Shown one piece after another: positions 1 through 10,725 of a stretch of DNA of 64,000 nucleotides; the first letter of the stretch is position 1, and the number at the start of each line of letters is the position of its first letter. The position numbers were made by a program, and so were the translations under genes. Source of the stretch: Verrucomicrobiia bacterium (GTDB lineage: Bacteria > Verrucomicrobiota > Verrucomicrobiia > Limisphaerales > UBA1319); the NCBI GenBank assembly GCA_963664225.1, contig OY760937.1, forward strand, positions 480,001-544,000, in the 5' to 3' direction. Below the pieces are notes generated by a model. That model saw only the letters and a list, made by a program, of their open reading frames with translations, was not told the origin of the DNA and did no database searches.

Positions 1-1192
1 CCAAATCGCGAATTTCACCGACCATGATCACATTTGGGTCCTGCCGCAATATATGGCGCAGCCCCATGGCGAAGGTCAGTCCGATATCGGCCCGCACCGC
101 AATCTGGTTGATGCCCTTAAGCTCATACTCCACCGGTTCCTCAATCGTGATGATCCGCTTGTGCACGGAATTGATCGTGCTCAAGAACGCATAGAGGGAG
201 GTGGACTTGCCCGAGCCGGTCGGCCCCGTCACAAGGAAAATACCGTGGGGTTTGACAATGATCTCGCGGATGGCGTTTTCGTCCCTGGGCGCGAAACCCA
301 ATTTGTCGAGGCTCAGGAAAATCTTGCCGCGCGTCAGCAACCGCAGGGAAACGCTCTCACCATACACCGTCGGAACCGTCGAAACGCGGATGTCGATTTC
401 CTCCCCCTTGATTCGCACATTGATGCGCCCGTCCTGCGGCAGACGCTTCTCGGAGATGTCCATGCCAGACATGACCTTGATTCGGGATATAAGAGCCGCC
501 TGGAAGCGCTTCAACTGGGGCGGCATCGGGGTCTGGTGCAGGATGCCGTCAATGCGGTAACGAATGCGCAATTCATCTTCCGCCGGTTCGAAATGAATAT
601 CCGTCGCCCGGTCCTTGAAGGCCTCCCAGATGATCTGATTGACAAACTTGATGACGCTGGCTTCCTGGTCGCCCTCGGTGATTTCCTTGTCCTCGCCCAC
701 CATCAACTCGAGCGGTTCGTCCTCGGCCATCTCATCGAGCGTTTCGGCGCCCACGCCGTAATACTTTTTTAACGCCTTCTCAATTTCCGCCTGCGGCGCG
801 AGCGCAAATTGAACCGGGCTTTGGGCGTCGAACTGCACCGCCGTCAGCAATGCCGTATTAAATGGATTGCACACCGCGATTTGCAGCGTGTCATTCTCAA
901 ATTGTGTCGGCAGGGCGTTGTATTGAAAAGCGACTTTGGTTGAGATTTTTTGGCGCACTTCAGGGGCAACCGTCAGTTTGGGAAGGTCCAGATAGGGCCA
1001 GTGCAGCGCCTCGGCCAGCTTCTGAAGCATTTGCTCCTCCCCGATGCCCCGTTCACGACAGAGAAAAGCCAGTTGAGACTCGACCGAACCGCTCTCCACC
1101 GCCACCCTCCAAGCTTTCATCCACTCGTCGAATTGGACACTGGTGACCAATCCCGCGCTCTCAAAAACCGACTTGATAGATGCAAAAGCCAT
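1..1192 (-). CDS. GspE/PulE/PilB-family secretion or pilus ATPase, 3' end outside the window
   Basis: Manual translation from ATG 1192 (not in ORF track): MAFASIKSVF...ATDIHFEP...RYRIDG...EKRLPQDGR...VTGPTGSGKST (Walker A)...TIEEPVE...ILRQDPNVIMVGEIRD, open to the window edge. Confidence 0.93.
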   Translation of the reverse strand, partial: MAFASIKSVFESAGLVTSVQFDEWMKAWRVAVESGSVESQLAFLCRERGIGEEQMLQKLAEALHWPYLDLPKLTVAPEVRQKISTKVAFQYNALPTQFENDTLQIAVCNPFNTALLTAVQFDAQSPVQFALAPQAEIEKALKKYYGVGAETLDEMAEDEPLELMVGEDKEITEGDQEASVIKFVNQIIWEAFKDRATDIHFEPAEDELRIRYRIDGILHQTPMPPQLKRFQAALISRIKVMSGMDISEKRLPQDGRINVRIKGEEIDIRVSTVPTVYGESVSLRLLTRGKIFLSLDKLGFAPRDENAIREIIVKPHGIFLVTGPTGSGKSTSLYAFLSTINSVHKRIITIEEPVEYELKGINQIAVRADIGLTFAMGLRHILRQDPNVIMVGEIRDL

Positions 1193-1379
1193 TTTTCGTT
1201 ATTCGTTTAGAACAGCAGAGGCTAAAAAAAGTTGCGTTCAGGGTCAAAGAAATAGGGAAACTATTCCAAGGATCGATTTTATCCACGCCGCCTGACTGTG
1301 CCATAAAGTCTCATTTGCGGTGTCTGAACAGCGATGAACAGTGCGCCAATCCATTTCGAGATTCGTCCAGAAACTGTTT

Positions 1380-2615
1380 TTATGATGGTTTCGGATGAGT
1401 TTGGGTGGTGAGGCACGATTCCAATGCCCTGATGAATTCGGGAGTCAGGGCTTTCTTTTCGAATTGCCCGGCCAGCGCGGAATTCCTCAAATCCGGGAGC
1501 GTTTCCGGTTTGGCCTGCAGACCCTCGATAAGGCTCTGAACTTTTGCGATATCCCCGTGGAGCGCGCAGCGAATATTACCCCGATTTGGATATTCCTGCT
1601 TCAGATCGCTCACATGGCTGGGTTGCGGCCCGATATAGAGCACCGGGGTGCCAACGGCCAGAATATTGTAAATCTTGCACGGGTGAACAATCCCGATAAA
1701 CGGATTCCCCATGACAACCACCTGCAAATCGGCGGCGGAGAGAGACGCCGACAGGGCGTTCAAAGGTTGGTAGGGCAGACACAAAATGTTCTCCAGTTGA
1801 TGCGTTTGAGCGAATTTTTCGACTTTTGGATATTCGCTACCCCCACCAACAAAGCAGAACATGATTCCTGGATTCTCCCGGAGCCGCAATGCCGCTTGCA
1901 GCAGCGTGTCGAGCGGATGGCATGGGCTGTGATTTCCCGAATACATCACCACAAATTTTCCATCCAGTCCGTGTTCGCGTCGGAACCGGCCGCGTCCCTC
2001 CGGGTCAAATCGCACCCAATCCTCGTAGGCCCAAGGGGGGATCACCGTGATTTTTTTCGAGGGAATGCCCTTGGTTTGAATCAAATGACTCATGAACCGG
2101 TCCAACGCAATGATCCGTTCCGCAGAGCGAAAACTGTATCGGGACATCCATTCCAGTGTCCGGCCCGCCATGGACCCGGGCCGCAGCCATTGAGCCGCGA
2201 TCGCCTCGTCCGGGTTCAAATCCATCACCCAGTAGCAAAACCGGCATCCGCGCACACGGGCGAAAATCGCCGCCAGAAATGAAATCAGGGGAGGGGAGCT
2301 TAACGCCAGCACGACATCCGGCTTTTTCTCGCAGAGCAATTGAAAGCAGCAACTCATCGCAAACGATGCAAAATCCACCGCGCGACGCCATTTCGATTTC
2401 TTCCCAAAGCGCGTGGATGGCACGCGCCGGATGCCGATCCCGTTCCATTCTTCGCGCAATGGGAAGACCCTGTCCGGCGTGTCATACCCGCGCCGTCCGC
2501 AAATCACCCGCACGGAATGCCCGCGCTGCTTCAATTCCAGCGCCAGCGATGTCAGGTGCTGCGCCGTCGAGACCACATCCGGATGAAAAGTTTGATTGAG
2601 CAGCAATATATTCAT
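1380..2615 (-). CDS. Glycosyltransferase family 4 (WbuB/WcaI-like)
   Basis: MNILLLNQTFHPDVVSTAQHLTSLA, WVMDLNPDEA, VMYSGNH, PCKIYNILAVGTPVL motifs; start moved to ATG 2615. Confidence 0.88.
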   Translation of the reverse strand: MNILLLNQTFHPDVVSTAQHLTSLALELKQRGHSVRVICGRRGYDTPDRVFPLREEWNGIGIRRVPSTRFGKKSKWRRAVDFASFAMSCCFQLLCEKKPDVVLALSSPPLISFLAAIFARVRGCRFCYWVMDLNPDEAIAAQWLRPGSMAGRTLEWMSRYSFRSAERIIALDRFMSHLIQTKGIPSKKITVIPPWAYEDWVRFDPEGRGRFRREHGLDGKFVVMYSGNHSPCHPLDTLLQAALRLRENPGIMFCFVGGGSEYPKVEKFAQTHQLENILCLPYQPLNALSASLSAADLQVVVMGNPFIGIVHPCKIYNILAVGTPVLYIGPQPSHVSDLKQEYPNRGNIRCALHGDIAKVQSLIEGLQAKPETLPDLRNSALAGQFEKKALTPEFIRALESCLTTQTHPKPS

Positions 2616-2839
2616 GGCCATTTGCACCGCCTGTTTCGTGCGGTCCAAACTTCATCCATTTTGGAGGCGCCTCCGCGCAAGGCAAGCCTGGTTGTCTTCA
2701 ATTCTTGCACCCCTTTCAATCGGACGGTTCGTTGACAAACAATCACTCATGAACAAGTTTAAACGCAGCACAGGTCGTTTGCGTTCCGGTTACAGCCCCG
2801 GATGGGCGGCCTGGCACTTGACCAAGGAGCGATGGCTTT

Positions 2840-3622
2840 ATGAAATTAATGGTTCTCTCTATTGTTGCGGGGACGGTGTTCACGGCAAATGGCGTTCCTG
2901 CGCAAAGCATCCTGTTCGATTTTGAAAATGCCACTCAATACACCCCTTTCCCCATCAGCCTGACTGTGGGCGGCCTGACAGCGCAGTTTTCCGGCACAGG
3001 CGGTGGGTATTCCATCCAGGCGGCCAACACCATGGGCTTCACCCCAGCGGGTTTCTCCGGCCTCTGCATTTATCCCGCCGGTATTAATCTCGCCGATCTC
3101 AAGATTTCCTTCTCCAAAACGCTAAGCGCATTCTCCATCCTGTACGCCCCCCAGGAACTGGCGTGTGATTCCTCTGCGCGCATGAGGGTGACCGCCTATG
3201 GGAATGACACCCTGGTGGGAACCAACACCATGGTGGCCGATCCCCCGGGCACATGGCCCACAGCCACACTTGCCATACAATCCCCGCAAGGCTTTAACAA
3301 CGTGGTGGTCCATTACGATGCGCCGCCACCCACCGGCGGCGACTACGGCACCATCTTCATGGCGGACAACATGAACGTGACAGTCCTCCGCGCTCCCTTC
3401 ATTGCCGGCGTCCTGCCTGCCGTATCCAACATGATCTTGAGCGGCACCAACGGCCTGCCGGGCGCCGGTTTTCATGTTCTCAGTTCCACCAATGTGGCGC
3501 TGCCGCGTTCCCAATGGACACCCCTGGCGACCAATCAATATGATCTGAATGGAAATTTTTCCTGCCCTGTTCCAATGAATGCAGACACCGCGCCGCATTT
3601 CTATTTCTTGCAGGAACCCTGA
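2840..3622 (+). CDS. Secreted hypothetical protein with beta-rich C-terminal domain ending HFYFLQEP
   Basis: N-terminal signal-like segment; C-terminal ILSGTNG..FHVLSSTNVALP..W..FY pattern shared with other secreted proteins in the window. Confidence 0.75.
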   Translation: MKLMVLSIVAGTVFTANGVPAQSILFDFENATQYTPFPISLTVGGLTAQFSGTGGGYSIQAANTMGFTPAGFSGLCIYPAGINLADLKISFSKTLSAFSILYAPQELACDSSARMRVTAYGNDTLVGTNTMVADPPGTWPTATLAIQSPQGFNNVVVHYDAPPPTGGDYGTIFMADNMNVTVLRAPFIAGVLPAVSNMILSGTNGLPGAGFHVLSSTNVALPRSQWTPLATNQYDLNGNFSCPVPMNADTAPHFYFLQEP

Positions 3623-3665
3623 ATCAGGGAGCCGGTTGACAGACTGCGCCGGGTTCCAGAATGAA

Positions 3666-4790
3666 TCAAAAGTTCACGCGCAACGCGACGGACCCAAAGG
3701 AATCGGTTTGCGGCTGGCCCACGTATTCCTTGGTTCTCAAAGTATGCGTATAGACCAATTCCGCGCATTTGAAGGGGATGGCCGCGCCGAATTTGAGATC
3801 GCCCACCAATGGGTATTTGGTCACATGATGGCTGTCCTGAAAAATATTGCCGTCCAGAAAAGTGTTGAAGCCCACAGCCCGGCCCTCGACCCCGCCAAAA
3901 AAGTAAAATCCAAAACAATGCCCTGAACCATCCTGTGGCATTCCTCCGCTCAACGGCACAATCGTATCGATGGTATTCACTCCAAAGCCCCCTGGAATAT
4001 GCCAGCCGGCGCGCACCTGGCCTCCCGCCGCTCCGTAGGTGCCCACATTCCCCAGACTCGCGCCCGCATAAGGCAGAACCTGGGCCTCCCATCCACGCGC
4101 CTGGCCCGTGGAAAGCTGCCAGCACCGCTCATACTGCAAGGCGATGCCCGGCTCGGTCTTTAACTGATTCCTCCAGCCTTGCGCCTCAGGGAGATTCCGC
4201 ATGCGATGCACCGTGTTCTGGGCCTCTTCCGCCAGGGATGCCGCCCCGATGACACCGACCACCGCCTGCCAATGATCCATCTGCGCCAGATGCCCGGTTA
4301 AAAAGGTCCGCCTCTGTATGAAAAAAGAGGTGTACAGAAATCCCGCGTAGGGGCGGTCATTCTCCAGTAATGCAGAGGTCGAAGTGTCGGACGGCGTGTA
4401 AATATTCTGGCCCAGCGAAACCCCCCAGCGCACCGCCTCGGGCTCAAATCCAGTTTCCGGAAGCCAACGGCCCGTCTCTGCGACACAGCCCGCATCGTCT
4501 TGCGGTTGCTCGGAGGCCATGTAAGTGATTCTGAGACCCTGCGTATAATGCCGGTCCGTGTGAACAACCGTGTCGTTTTCTTCCACCAGCATGACCGAAG
4601 GCCTGGCCAGACCATCCTCAGCCAGTGATTTCAAGCCGAACGAAGCAAGGCACGCCAACGCAAAGCAAATATTGCGCGTTGGTTTATAAGCTGGAAAAAT
4701 TCCGCCGCCCAGTCCCAACCGATCCCCGCGATATTCCAAGCCACTCCACATATGGAGTGGCCATAAACCACATTCTCCGCATTTAGGCAA
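3666..4790 (-). CDS. Lipid A 3-O-deacylase LpxR family (DUF2219) outer-membrane beta-barrel
   Basis: ENDT..TDRHYTQG, LGQNIYTP, DRPYAG, GWRNQLKTEP, NTFLDGN motifs and terminal Phe; true start probably downstream of 4790. Confidence 0.85.
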   Translation of the reverse strand: MPKCGECGLWPLHMWSGLEYRGDRLGLGGGIFPAYKPTRNICFALACLASFGLKSLAEDGLARPSVMLVEENDTVVHTDRHYTQGLRITYMASEQPQDDAGCVAETGRWLPETGFEPEAVRWGVSLGQNIYTPSDTSTSALLENDRPYAGFLYTSFFIQRRTFLTGHLAQMDHWQAVVGVIGAASLAEEAQNTVHRMRNLPEAQGWRNQLKTEPGIALQYERCWQLSTGQARGWEAQVLPYAGASLGNVGTYGAAGGQVRAGWHIPGGFGVNTIDTIVPLSGGMPQDGSGHCFGFYFFGGVEGRAVGFNTFLDGNIFQDSHHVTKYPLVGDLKFGAAIPFKCAELVYTHTLRTKEYVGQPQTDSFGSVALRVNF

Positions 4791-4846
4791 GTCGCCATTG
4801 GCGATTTCTCAAGCCTTGCGAACCCTTGATTAAGTCAAAAAAGGCT

Positions 4847-5683
4847 CTAAAAACTGAAAATCGTGGTATTCGTCCGCCAGGACATTTCCGTGGCCCAGAG
4901 GTTGATGGGCGTGAAGGATTTGCCGAATTTCAACATCCGCGTGCTGCCATCGACAAAGGCGTAATTCGAGCCGCCGCTCCGCGTGTGGACTCCGCCCGCA
5001 TGCCGGCTTTGCTCGACTTCGGTCACATCGTTGCCAATCGCTCCTTCGAGGAAATCCATGAAATACTGGCCGGAATTATGTTCCTTCTCGCCAAACAGGA
5101 CGGTTTCCACAGGCTGCCGAATGCCCGTTTCACGAATTCCTTCCGGGTAAACCCCCGCCATGTATTTGTTTTTAAATGAGTCGGCATCCAAAGCGGAGTT
5201 AAAATAATCGTTCCATCCGTTATAAATATAACTGCGCGGCGCGGAATCCGCCGGATTATTAACCGGATCGGTTCCCGAGGTCTTCGGATCTCCCGGACCA
5301 TCGCTCGCGCAACGCAAGGTCCTCAGGTCATTGATTTTCACGAGAATCGCCGTCGGCCAGCGCTTTGTGGATGAGCGCGGCATGAACATCCCATTGTTGT
5401 CGTCACAATAAATGCGCGCGGCCAGGCCCAGTTGGCGCATGTTGTTCACACACGATATCCGCCGCCCCGCCTCTTTGGCGCGAGCCAGCGATGGCAATAA
5501 CATCCCCGCAAGAATCGCGATGATGGCAATGACCACCAGCAATTCGATCAAAGTAAAAGCGTTCCGATGGGGGACTAAGCGGGTGCGGGGCGTTCTCATG
5601 TCATCTAAAAGAATCATAATTCGTTCGTGCGCAATTACATGCGTTTCAATACGCAGCGAGCGATCTGACGAATTATCCTTCAT
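4847..5683 (-). CDS. Prepilin-type N-terminal cleavage/methylation protein (DUF1559, H-X9-DG C-terminus)
   Basis: [36 protein letters not shown]-terminal RH...[10 protein letters not shown]; real start probably near 5600. Confidence 0.92.
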   Translation of the reverse strand: MKDNSSDRSLRIETHVIAHERIMILLDDMRTPRTRLVPHRNAFTLIELLVVIAIIAILAGMLLPSLARAKEAGRRISCVNNMRQLGLAARIYCDDNNGMFMPRSSTKRWPTAILVKINDLRTLRCASDGPGDPKTSGTDPVNNPADSAPRSYIYNGWNDYFNSALDADSFKNKYMAGVYPEGIRETGIRQPVETVLFGEKEHNSGQYFMDFLEGAIGNDVTEVEQSRHAGGVHTRSGGSNYAFVDGSTRMLKFGKSFTPINLWATEMSWRTNTTIFSF

Positions 5684-5725
5684 AACCCTGAATATTTCCG
5701 CGCTGAATGCGTCAGAGATTTCAAG

Positions 5726-6178
5726 ATGACCAAAAAATCCAGCCTGTTAATCTCTGTGGCGGTTGCGCTTGCCGCGTGTTATCTTTACTACTTTACAGAC
5801 TGGATTAACCCTCCGGTTATTCAGATTCTTCCGCAGTTGCGTCCACCGCGCAATCCGGCGCGCACTCCCTCCTCGGTTTATCAAGTCAGTTTCAACCTCG
5901 ATGGAAAATACAAGCTTACTTCGGTGAAAGTGATCCCGATTCAGGCCCTTGAAACCAACAAAAACGCCGCGCCGATCTGGAACCTGACCACCAGCTCCAA
6001 CTCCCTTCCCCAAAAAGGATTCTTTTACGGCGTGCCCATTCCCGGCATGCGGCCGGCCATCACCAACGCGCGCCCCCAGCGTCTTGAACCCGAAATCGCA
6101 TATCGTCTTTTTGTGAAGGCCGGACGCGCAAAAGGGCAGGTGGACTTTAAAACCCACGCCTTACCCCTCGACCAGTGA
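5726..6178 (+). CDS. Hypothetical membrane-anchored periplasmic protein
   Basis: 150-aa ORF with N-terminal hydrophobic anchor, divergent from the prepilin gene. Confidence 0.7.
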   Translation: MTKKSSLLISVAVALAACYLYYFTDWINPPVIQILPQLRPPRNPARTPSSVYQVSFNLDGKYKLTSVKVIPIQALETNKNAAPIWNLTTSSNSLPQKGFFYGVPIPGMRPAITNARPQRLEPEIAYRLFVKAGRAKGQVDFKTHALPLDQ

Positions 6179-6427
6179 GGGTGGATGGCCGTGGGCAGGC
6201 TGGCATTAAGAATCGGCCTCTGGCTGGTGCCGCTTAACCTCGCTGTGCACCGGCAATAAACTCATCGCCTTAACACGCCGCCCGGGATGCGTCGCCGGGT
6301 CCGACTGCCCTTATTCCTGGAGGAGGAAAGGACGATCAGTTTTTAATCCGTGGAATCAGTGCAATCCGTGGTCGAATCCCATACAGATTGGATTTGGATT
6401 GAATTTTGTCAGTCTTGATGGTCCGCT

Positions 6428-6898
6428 TCAATCCGGCTCCACAACGGTGATTGGCGCATCCGTGACCCCGGCATAAAACACGAGAATTTCGGCGGGAACC
6501 TTTCCGTGGTTAATCCCATAGTGCGAAGTGTTCACCAGCTCGATGATGGGATCGCCTGCTTTGAGTTGAAGCGTTTTGCCATCCCTGGCCACGACCGTGA
6601 GTTCTCCGCTTAAGAGCATGCCTGCGTTGATCACCAGATGATGGTGCGTGTGGAGCTGGGCGCCCGCCGGGATGGTGATGCGCAGAATCGTAACCCTGGG
6701 CTGACCTTGTGGATACGCAGGCAACAACGCCCCATCCCAGCTTTGCGAACTCCGGGCAAGTTCCTTCACGACGATGGGCGCTTTGGCGGTCTCCTGTTTG
6801 ACTCGAACTGTTCCGCAACCGGTTTGAAGCAATAGAAAGATCGAAATTGCCGCCAGACCTCGAATGGTTTGTTTCATCATGGAATTGCCTTCGCTCAA
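6428..6898 (-). CDS. Cupin-domain lipoprotein
   Basis: Lipobox-like LQTGC; cupin motifs HTHHH..INAG.LLSGEL and E.VNTSHYG.N. Confidence 0.85.
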   Translation of the reverse strand: MSEGNSMMKQTIRGLAAISIFLLLQTGCGTVRVKQETAKAPIVVKELARSSQSWDGALLPAYPQGQPRVTILRITIPAGAQLHTHHHLVINAGMLLSGELTVVARDGKTLQLKAGDPIIELVNTSHYGINHGKVPAEILVFYAGVTDAPITVVEPD

Positions 6899-7055
6899 GT
6901 CAGGTTATGCACCGGGCCGACACAGGACGCAATGCCGAACGTGCAGCTCGCTGAGTCACTAAGACACGGCCGAACTACCCAGTAAACCGCAACAACGGAA
7001 GTTATCCTGACCAGGCCGGTTGGCTTCAATGCTCGATCGTCAAGCATCGGTCATA

Positions 7056-7451
7056 TCAAACCTTTGTTCCATCAACGTATGGCCTCATTGGCTGCCAGAC
7101 ACGAAAGAGGAACACCCAAGTGAACACCAGGAGCGGTATCCAAATTCGCCGCACATAACGCCAATGCACTTCTGTCATCCGTGGTCGGTTGTCACGCGGA
7201 ATCCGATTGATGGCCTCCTGGTAAATCGGAGAACTCTCCAACTGGCTCTTGGGCACTCTTTCCTCCCGGTTGTCAACGCGAACCGCCACCATGTCGCGCT
7301 CCCAGAACAAGCTCACCCGGATGTCAGGATATGAAACGCCCGAATAAGGTTGATAGACTGGCCGCTGAAAGTACGAGGATAAAGCAAGCAAAGACAAAAT
7401 TGCGACAGCCGCGAAAATCCCTGACCTGATCACGATGTCGTTTCGTTTCAT
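7056..7451 (-). CDS. Small hypothetical membrane protein
   Basis: MKRNDIVIRSGIFAAVAIL... with two hydrophobic segments; start set at ATG 7451. Confidence 0.45.
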   Translation of the reverse strand: MKRNDIVIRSGIFAAVAILSLLALSSYFQRPVYQPYSGVSYPDIRVSLFWERDMVAVRVDNREERVPKSQLESSPIYQEAINRIPRDNRPRMTEVHWRYVRRIWIPLLVFTWVFLFRVWQPMRPYVDGTKV

Positions 7452-7488
7452 GGCACATTGAGCATGGCCAACCCAGTTTCTGGTGCTC

Positions 7489-7830
7489 TCATTCTGTGTG
7501 AAAGAAAAGTAAAAACTCCAGAACAAAGTAAATCGGGAGAAAAAGTACCTTTGCCAAAAACCAGCCTGCCCCGTTCCGTCCCTGCCAGATTGCCTGCAGT
7601 ACGAACGCAATGATGCCGCCCCAAAAGAACCAGGGCAGTAAATGGCCCAGCGATGTCGTAAACGGCGTCAGGTGATACTCATATGCCCGTTCCCCAGCAC
7701 CGTGAGGAATGCGAACACGCTCGGCGAAGCTTCGACCGTCGTAAATAATTCCCAGGACAATAGACGGCAGAAGCCAAAGAAGCCCACTCCAGTGCCGCAG
7801 AAGTGATTCGCGTGAAAATATTTTTATCAT
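7489..7830 (-). CDS. Small hypothetical membrane protein
   Basis: 113 aa, about three hydrophobic segments, ATG start. Confidence 0.5.
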   Translation of the reverse strand: MIKIFSRESLLRHWSGLLWLLPSIVLGIIYDGRSFAERVRIPHGAGERAYEYHLTPFTTSLGHLLPWFFWGGIIAFVLQAIWQGRNGAGWFLAKVLFLPIYFVLEFLLFFHTE

Positions 7831-7952
7831 GGATTCGCCTATTAGCGCTCAATCTTAGCCCTGCCACCGCCCCAATAGCCGCGTCGAAATTGCCCCACAA
7901 CATTCGCTTCCAAGATTATTGCGTTTGGTTGGATCGGTCTAATATCCCACCT

Positions 7953-8234
7953 TTATAAGTATCCAGGCACCATGTGCGCAAGGATACTAATCCAGAATGC
8001 GCACCACGAAATGATCCCCAGTCTTCTGTGCCGTTTCATCAATAATAAACACAAAAGCAGCAAGACTCCCAATGAGGCTAACTGCAGATATATCCACCAC
8101 CTCGGCGCAAGCACAGCGCTGCCGACAATGAACATCTCGTAGAGAGGCTGCAACCATCCCGTGGTCAACGCACAGCCGATTGTGACGAATACCAAGACAC
8201 GAAGCATCAATGGCGCTACCTCATTCTGAGCCAT
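7953..8234 (-). CDS. Small hypothetical membrane protein
   Basis: Hydrophobic 93-aa ORF from ATG 8234 within the tracked 152-aa ORF. Confidence 0.4.
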   Translation of the reverse strand: MAQNEVAPLMLRVLVFVTIGCALTTGWLQPLYEMFIVGSAVLAPRWWIYLQLASLGVLLLLCLLLMKRHRRLGIISWCAFWISILAHMVPGYL

Positions 8235-8425
8235 AACTTGGAAAGTTGAACAATAACCGACTTGCGACGCAAACCACGATAGTGGAATAAGTCGCCGTCG
8301 CTCCGGTATAATCGGCCCACCCAGGCCCGAAGGGACGAAATTGGCAAGCCTGTGCTGGAACGAGTCTTCGAGCGGAGGCCCAGAGAACCTCCGCCCCAAT
8401 GACAAAAACACTGAAAGTGCGGCCT

Positions 8426-8462
8426 AAAACACAAACGCACCTGACCTCTCTGATCAGGCGCA
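8426..8462 (-). terminator. Probable intrinsic terminator
   Basis: Minus strand gcgcctgatc-agaga-ggtcaggtgc then gtttgtgtttt, just after the 8470 stop. Confidence 0.55.
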
Positions 8463-8469
8463 CCGTCCC

Positions 8470-8760
8470 TTAAATGGCCGGCTTATCGGCATCGAGAACC
8501 GGGGCCTTGGTCGTCGCGGGGGACTTCTTCACGGCCTTTTTGCCATGCTTCGCACTTTTCTTGGCCGTCTTGCCCTTGACGCCTTTTTTGACCGATTTTT
8601 TGTGAATGCTGTTTTTCACCGCAGGTGTGGTGGCTGTAGCGGGAGCGCTCACTGCGGCGGGTCCGGTTGCGGGCAATGCCGGAGCTTCCGCCTGGGCCTG
8701 GATGACCATGGGCATGCACAGAATGGCCGCAACCATCAAAAGACTGAACGTTTTTTTCAT
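8470..8760 (-). CDS. Small secreted Ala/Lys-rich low-complexity protein
   Basis: Signal peptide MKKTFSLL..AQA followed by an Ala/Pro/Thr then Lys-rich tail. Confidence 0.75.
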   Translation of the reverse strand: MKKTFSLLMVAAILCMPMVIQAQAEAPALPATGPAAVSAPATATTPAVKNSIHKKSVKKGVKGKTAKKSAKHGKKAVKKSPATTKAPVLDADKPAI

Positions 8761-8793
8761 GGGAAATTTAAAAAAGGATTGTTTTAATTTTGA

Positions 8794-10725
8794 TTACTTG
8801 TCACCAAAAAGCTTTTCAAGCTCCGGATTCTTGGGATGCCCCAGCATGATCGCCTTCTGATAATGGTATTTGGCCAGGGCGGTGAATGGCGGCGTCTGTG
8901 TCGCATAGACAATGGCCAGGTTGTGATGCGCGCTGGCGTAATCGGGCGAGATTTGGATCGATTTGCGCAAAGCCGCCTCTGCGGCTTCCCGCTGTCCCTT
9001 TTGGCTGAAGGTGATGCCCAGATAATTCTGGGTTTCCGCGTTGTTCGGATCCAATTTTGCGGACCGGCTCAAGGCATTCAGCGCCTCGTCGAATTTATCC
9101 TGACGGAACTTCAGGATGCCCAGCAGGGAAAGGTTGTAGGCATCGTCCGGGGCCGTGGCCAGCGCGACTTTCAGGTTCTTCTCGGCATCGTCGAAACGAC
9201 CGCGCTCCAATTGAATGGCGGCGAGATTGCCCAGCGTGAATGCGTTCTTCTCATCCAGCTTGAGCACCTGGGTGTATTTGCGCTCGGCGTCGTCAAAGCG
9301 TCCCGCGGAGAAATCCCGGCGCGCCTCGGCCACCAGCGTGCCCGCGCCCGCAGGCAAATCGTTCATGCTGCGCTTGGCGGGAGCGGCAGCCGTCGTCGCA
9401 GCCATCTCCACAGGCCGACTGACTGCGGCGACCGGCGTCGGGGCTTTGAACAGAGCCAGTTCCTCGGCGGTGTAGGGTGTCTTTTTGGCCTCATACACCT
9501 CAATCCGCGCCTGGAGTGCGTCCAGATCCTTTTGCAATTGTTGCGCCTTCTTCGAGCTTTGCTTCCCATTGGTGGCCGCGTCCAGTTTGAGCTTCAAATC
9601 GTCGCGCTCCTGCTGAAGTTTGATCATCTGTTGCGCGTTCTCGTGCGACGGCTCCGCAACAACGACATCGGGTGCTCCCTTGAGGGTGGGGGGAGTCATC
9701 GCCTTGGTCTTCAAAATGGCGATATCCTTCCTCAACGACGCATTTTCAAACTGTAACTTCTTGAATTCCTCGCTGACGGCGGGCGTGGCCGCAATGGTTG
9801 TTGGTGCGCGGCTGGACAACTCGGTCTTCAACTGGGCCACCTGCTGTTTCAGGCTCGCATTCTCGTTCCTCAGCGCCGCGACTTCACCATCCGTTGCGGG
9901 AGTTGCTTTCTTGAACTCGGCGAGCTGCTTTTTGAGCGCCTCGTTTTCCGCCTTCAATTTCTTTGATGAAGACCGGGTCAGTTTTGGCTCGGCTTTGAGC
10001 TTGGAATCGAGAATCTGCTTCTCCTCGCGCAGGACGCCGATGGTTTTATTTTGTTCCTCGATTTTGCGATTCGCCTCGGCGAGCAGTTTCTTCGTTTCCG
10101 CCACCGAAGCCGGGTTGGTTGATTTGGCCATGCGGGCCTGGTCGTCCTTGATGGTCGTTTGCAAAAGCTCCCTCTCCTGCTCCAGCGCGCGAATCCGGGC
10201 TTCAGCCCGGGCCAGTTCCTGCGGCGCCACCGCTGCCGGTTGCGCGGACAATGCCTCCCTGAGTTTGGCTTCCAGAAGCTCCTTTTCTGAGGCCAGGCGG
10301 CGGTTCTCATCCGTCAGCGCCTGCACCTTGTTCTCAAGCCCGCCGGAGACCACGGGATTCTCAACCAGCGGCGTCATTGCCGGGCTGGCCACGGCGGCAG
10401 GCGCGATATTGGTCACGGCGGGTGTCGCAACGGCTGGAGCGGGCATCGATGGACGCAACCGATCGATCTTATCGTTCACGTAGTTGAGGCGGAACTGCAC
10501 CAGGCGTTCGCTCCAGTCCGGATAGGCCTTGTGCAAATTATTCAAACCGCTCTGCGCCTCGATCAATTTATCGTAGGCGGCGCGGTTCTGGCCATTTTGG
10601 AGGAGGTTATCCGCTTCCCGGATGGCGTTATAAATCCGGATGTATTGCGTGTCGGGTCCATCCGCGCGCGCATTGGCGCCACAAGCCACAAGCAGGGCGG
10701 CAATTAAGGCCATCAAAACTTTCAT
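8794..10725 (-). CDS. Secreted coiled-coil protein with C-terminal TPR repeats
   Basis: Signal peptide, long heptad region, TPR motifs (AFTLGNLA, NLSLLG, TQNYLG, AHHNLA). Confidence 0.88.
   Translation of the reverse strand: MKVLMALIAALLVACGANARADGPDTQYIRIYNAIREADNLLQNGQNRAAYDKLIEAQSGLNNLHKAYPDWSERLVQFRLNYVNDKIDRLRPSMPAPAVATPAVTNIAPAAVASPAMTPLVENPVVSGGLENKVQALTDENRRLASEKELLEAKLREALSAQPAAVAPQELARAEARIRALEQERELLQTTIKDDQARMAKSTNPASVAETKKLLAEANRKIEEQNKTIGVLREEKQILDSKLKAEPKLTRSSSKKLKAENEALKKQLAEFKKATPATDGEVAALRNENASLKQQVAQLKTELSSRAPTTIAATPAVSEEFKKLQFENASLRKDIAILKTKAMTPPTLKGAPDVVVAEPSHENAQQMIKLQQERDDLKLKLDAATNGKQSSKKAQQLQKDLDALQARIEVYEAKKTPYTAEELALFKAPTPVAAVSRPVEMAATTAAAPAKRSMNDLPAGAGTLVAEARRDFSAGRFDDAERKYTQVLKLDEKNAFTLGNLAAIQLERGRFDDAEKNLKVALATAPDDAYNLSLLGILKFRQDKFDEALNALSRSAKLDPNNAETQNYLGITFSQKGQREAAEAALRKSIQISPDYASAHHNLAIVYATQTPPFTALAKYHYQKAIMLGHPKNPELEKLFGDK

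Noticed and set aside
53..772. 239-aa plus-strand ORF
   Set aside because: Antisense shadow of the GspE/PilB ATPase.
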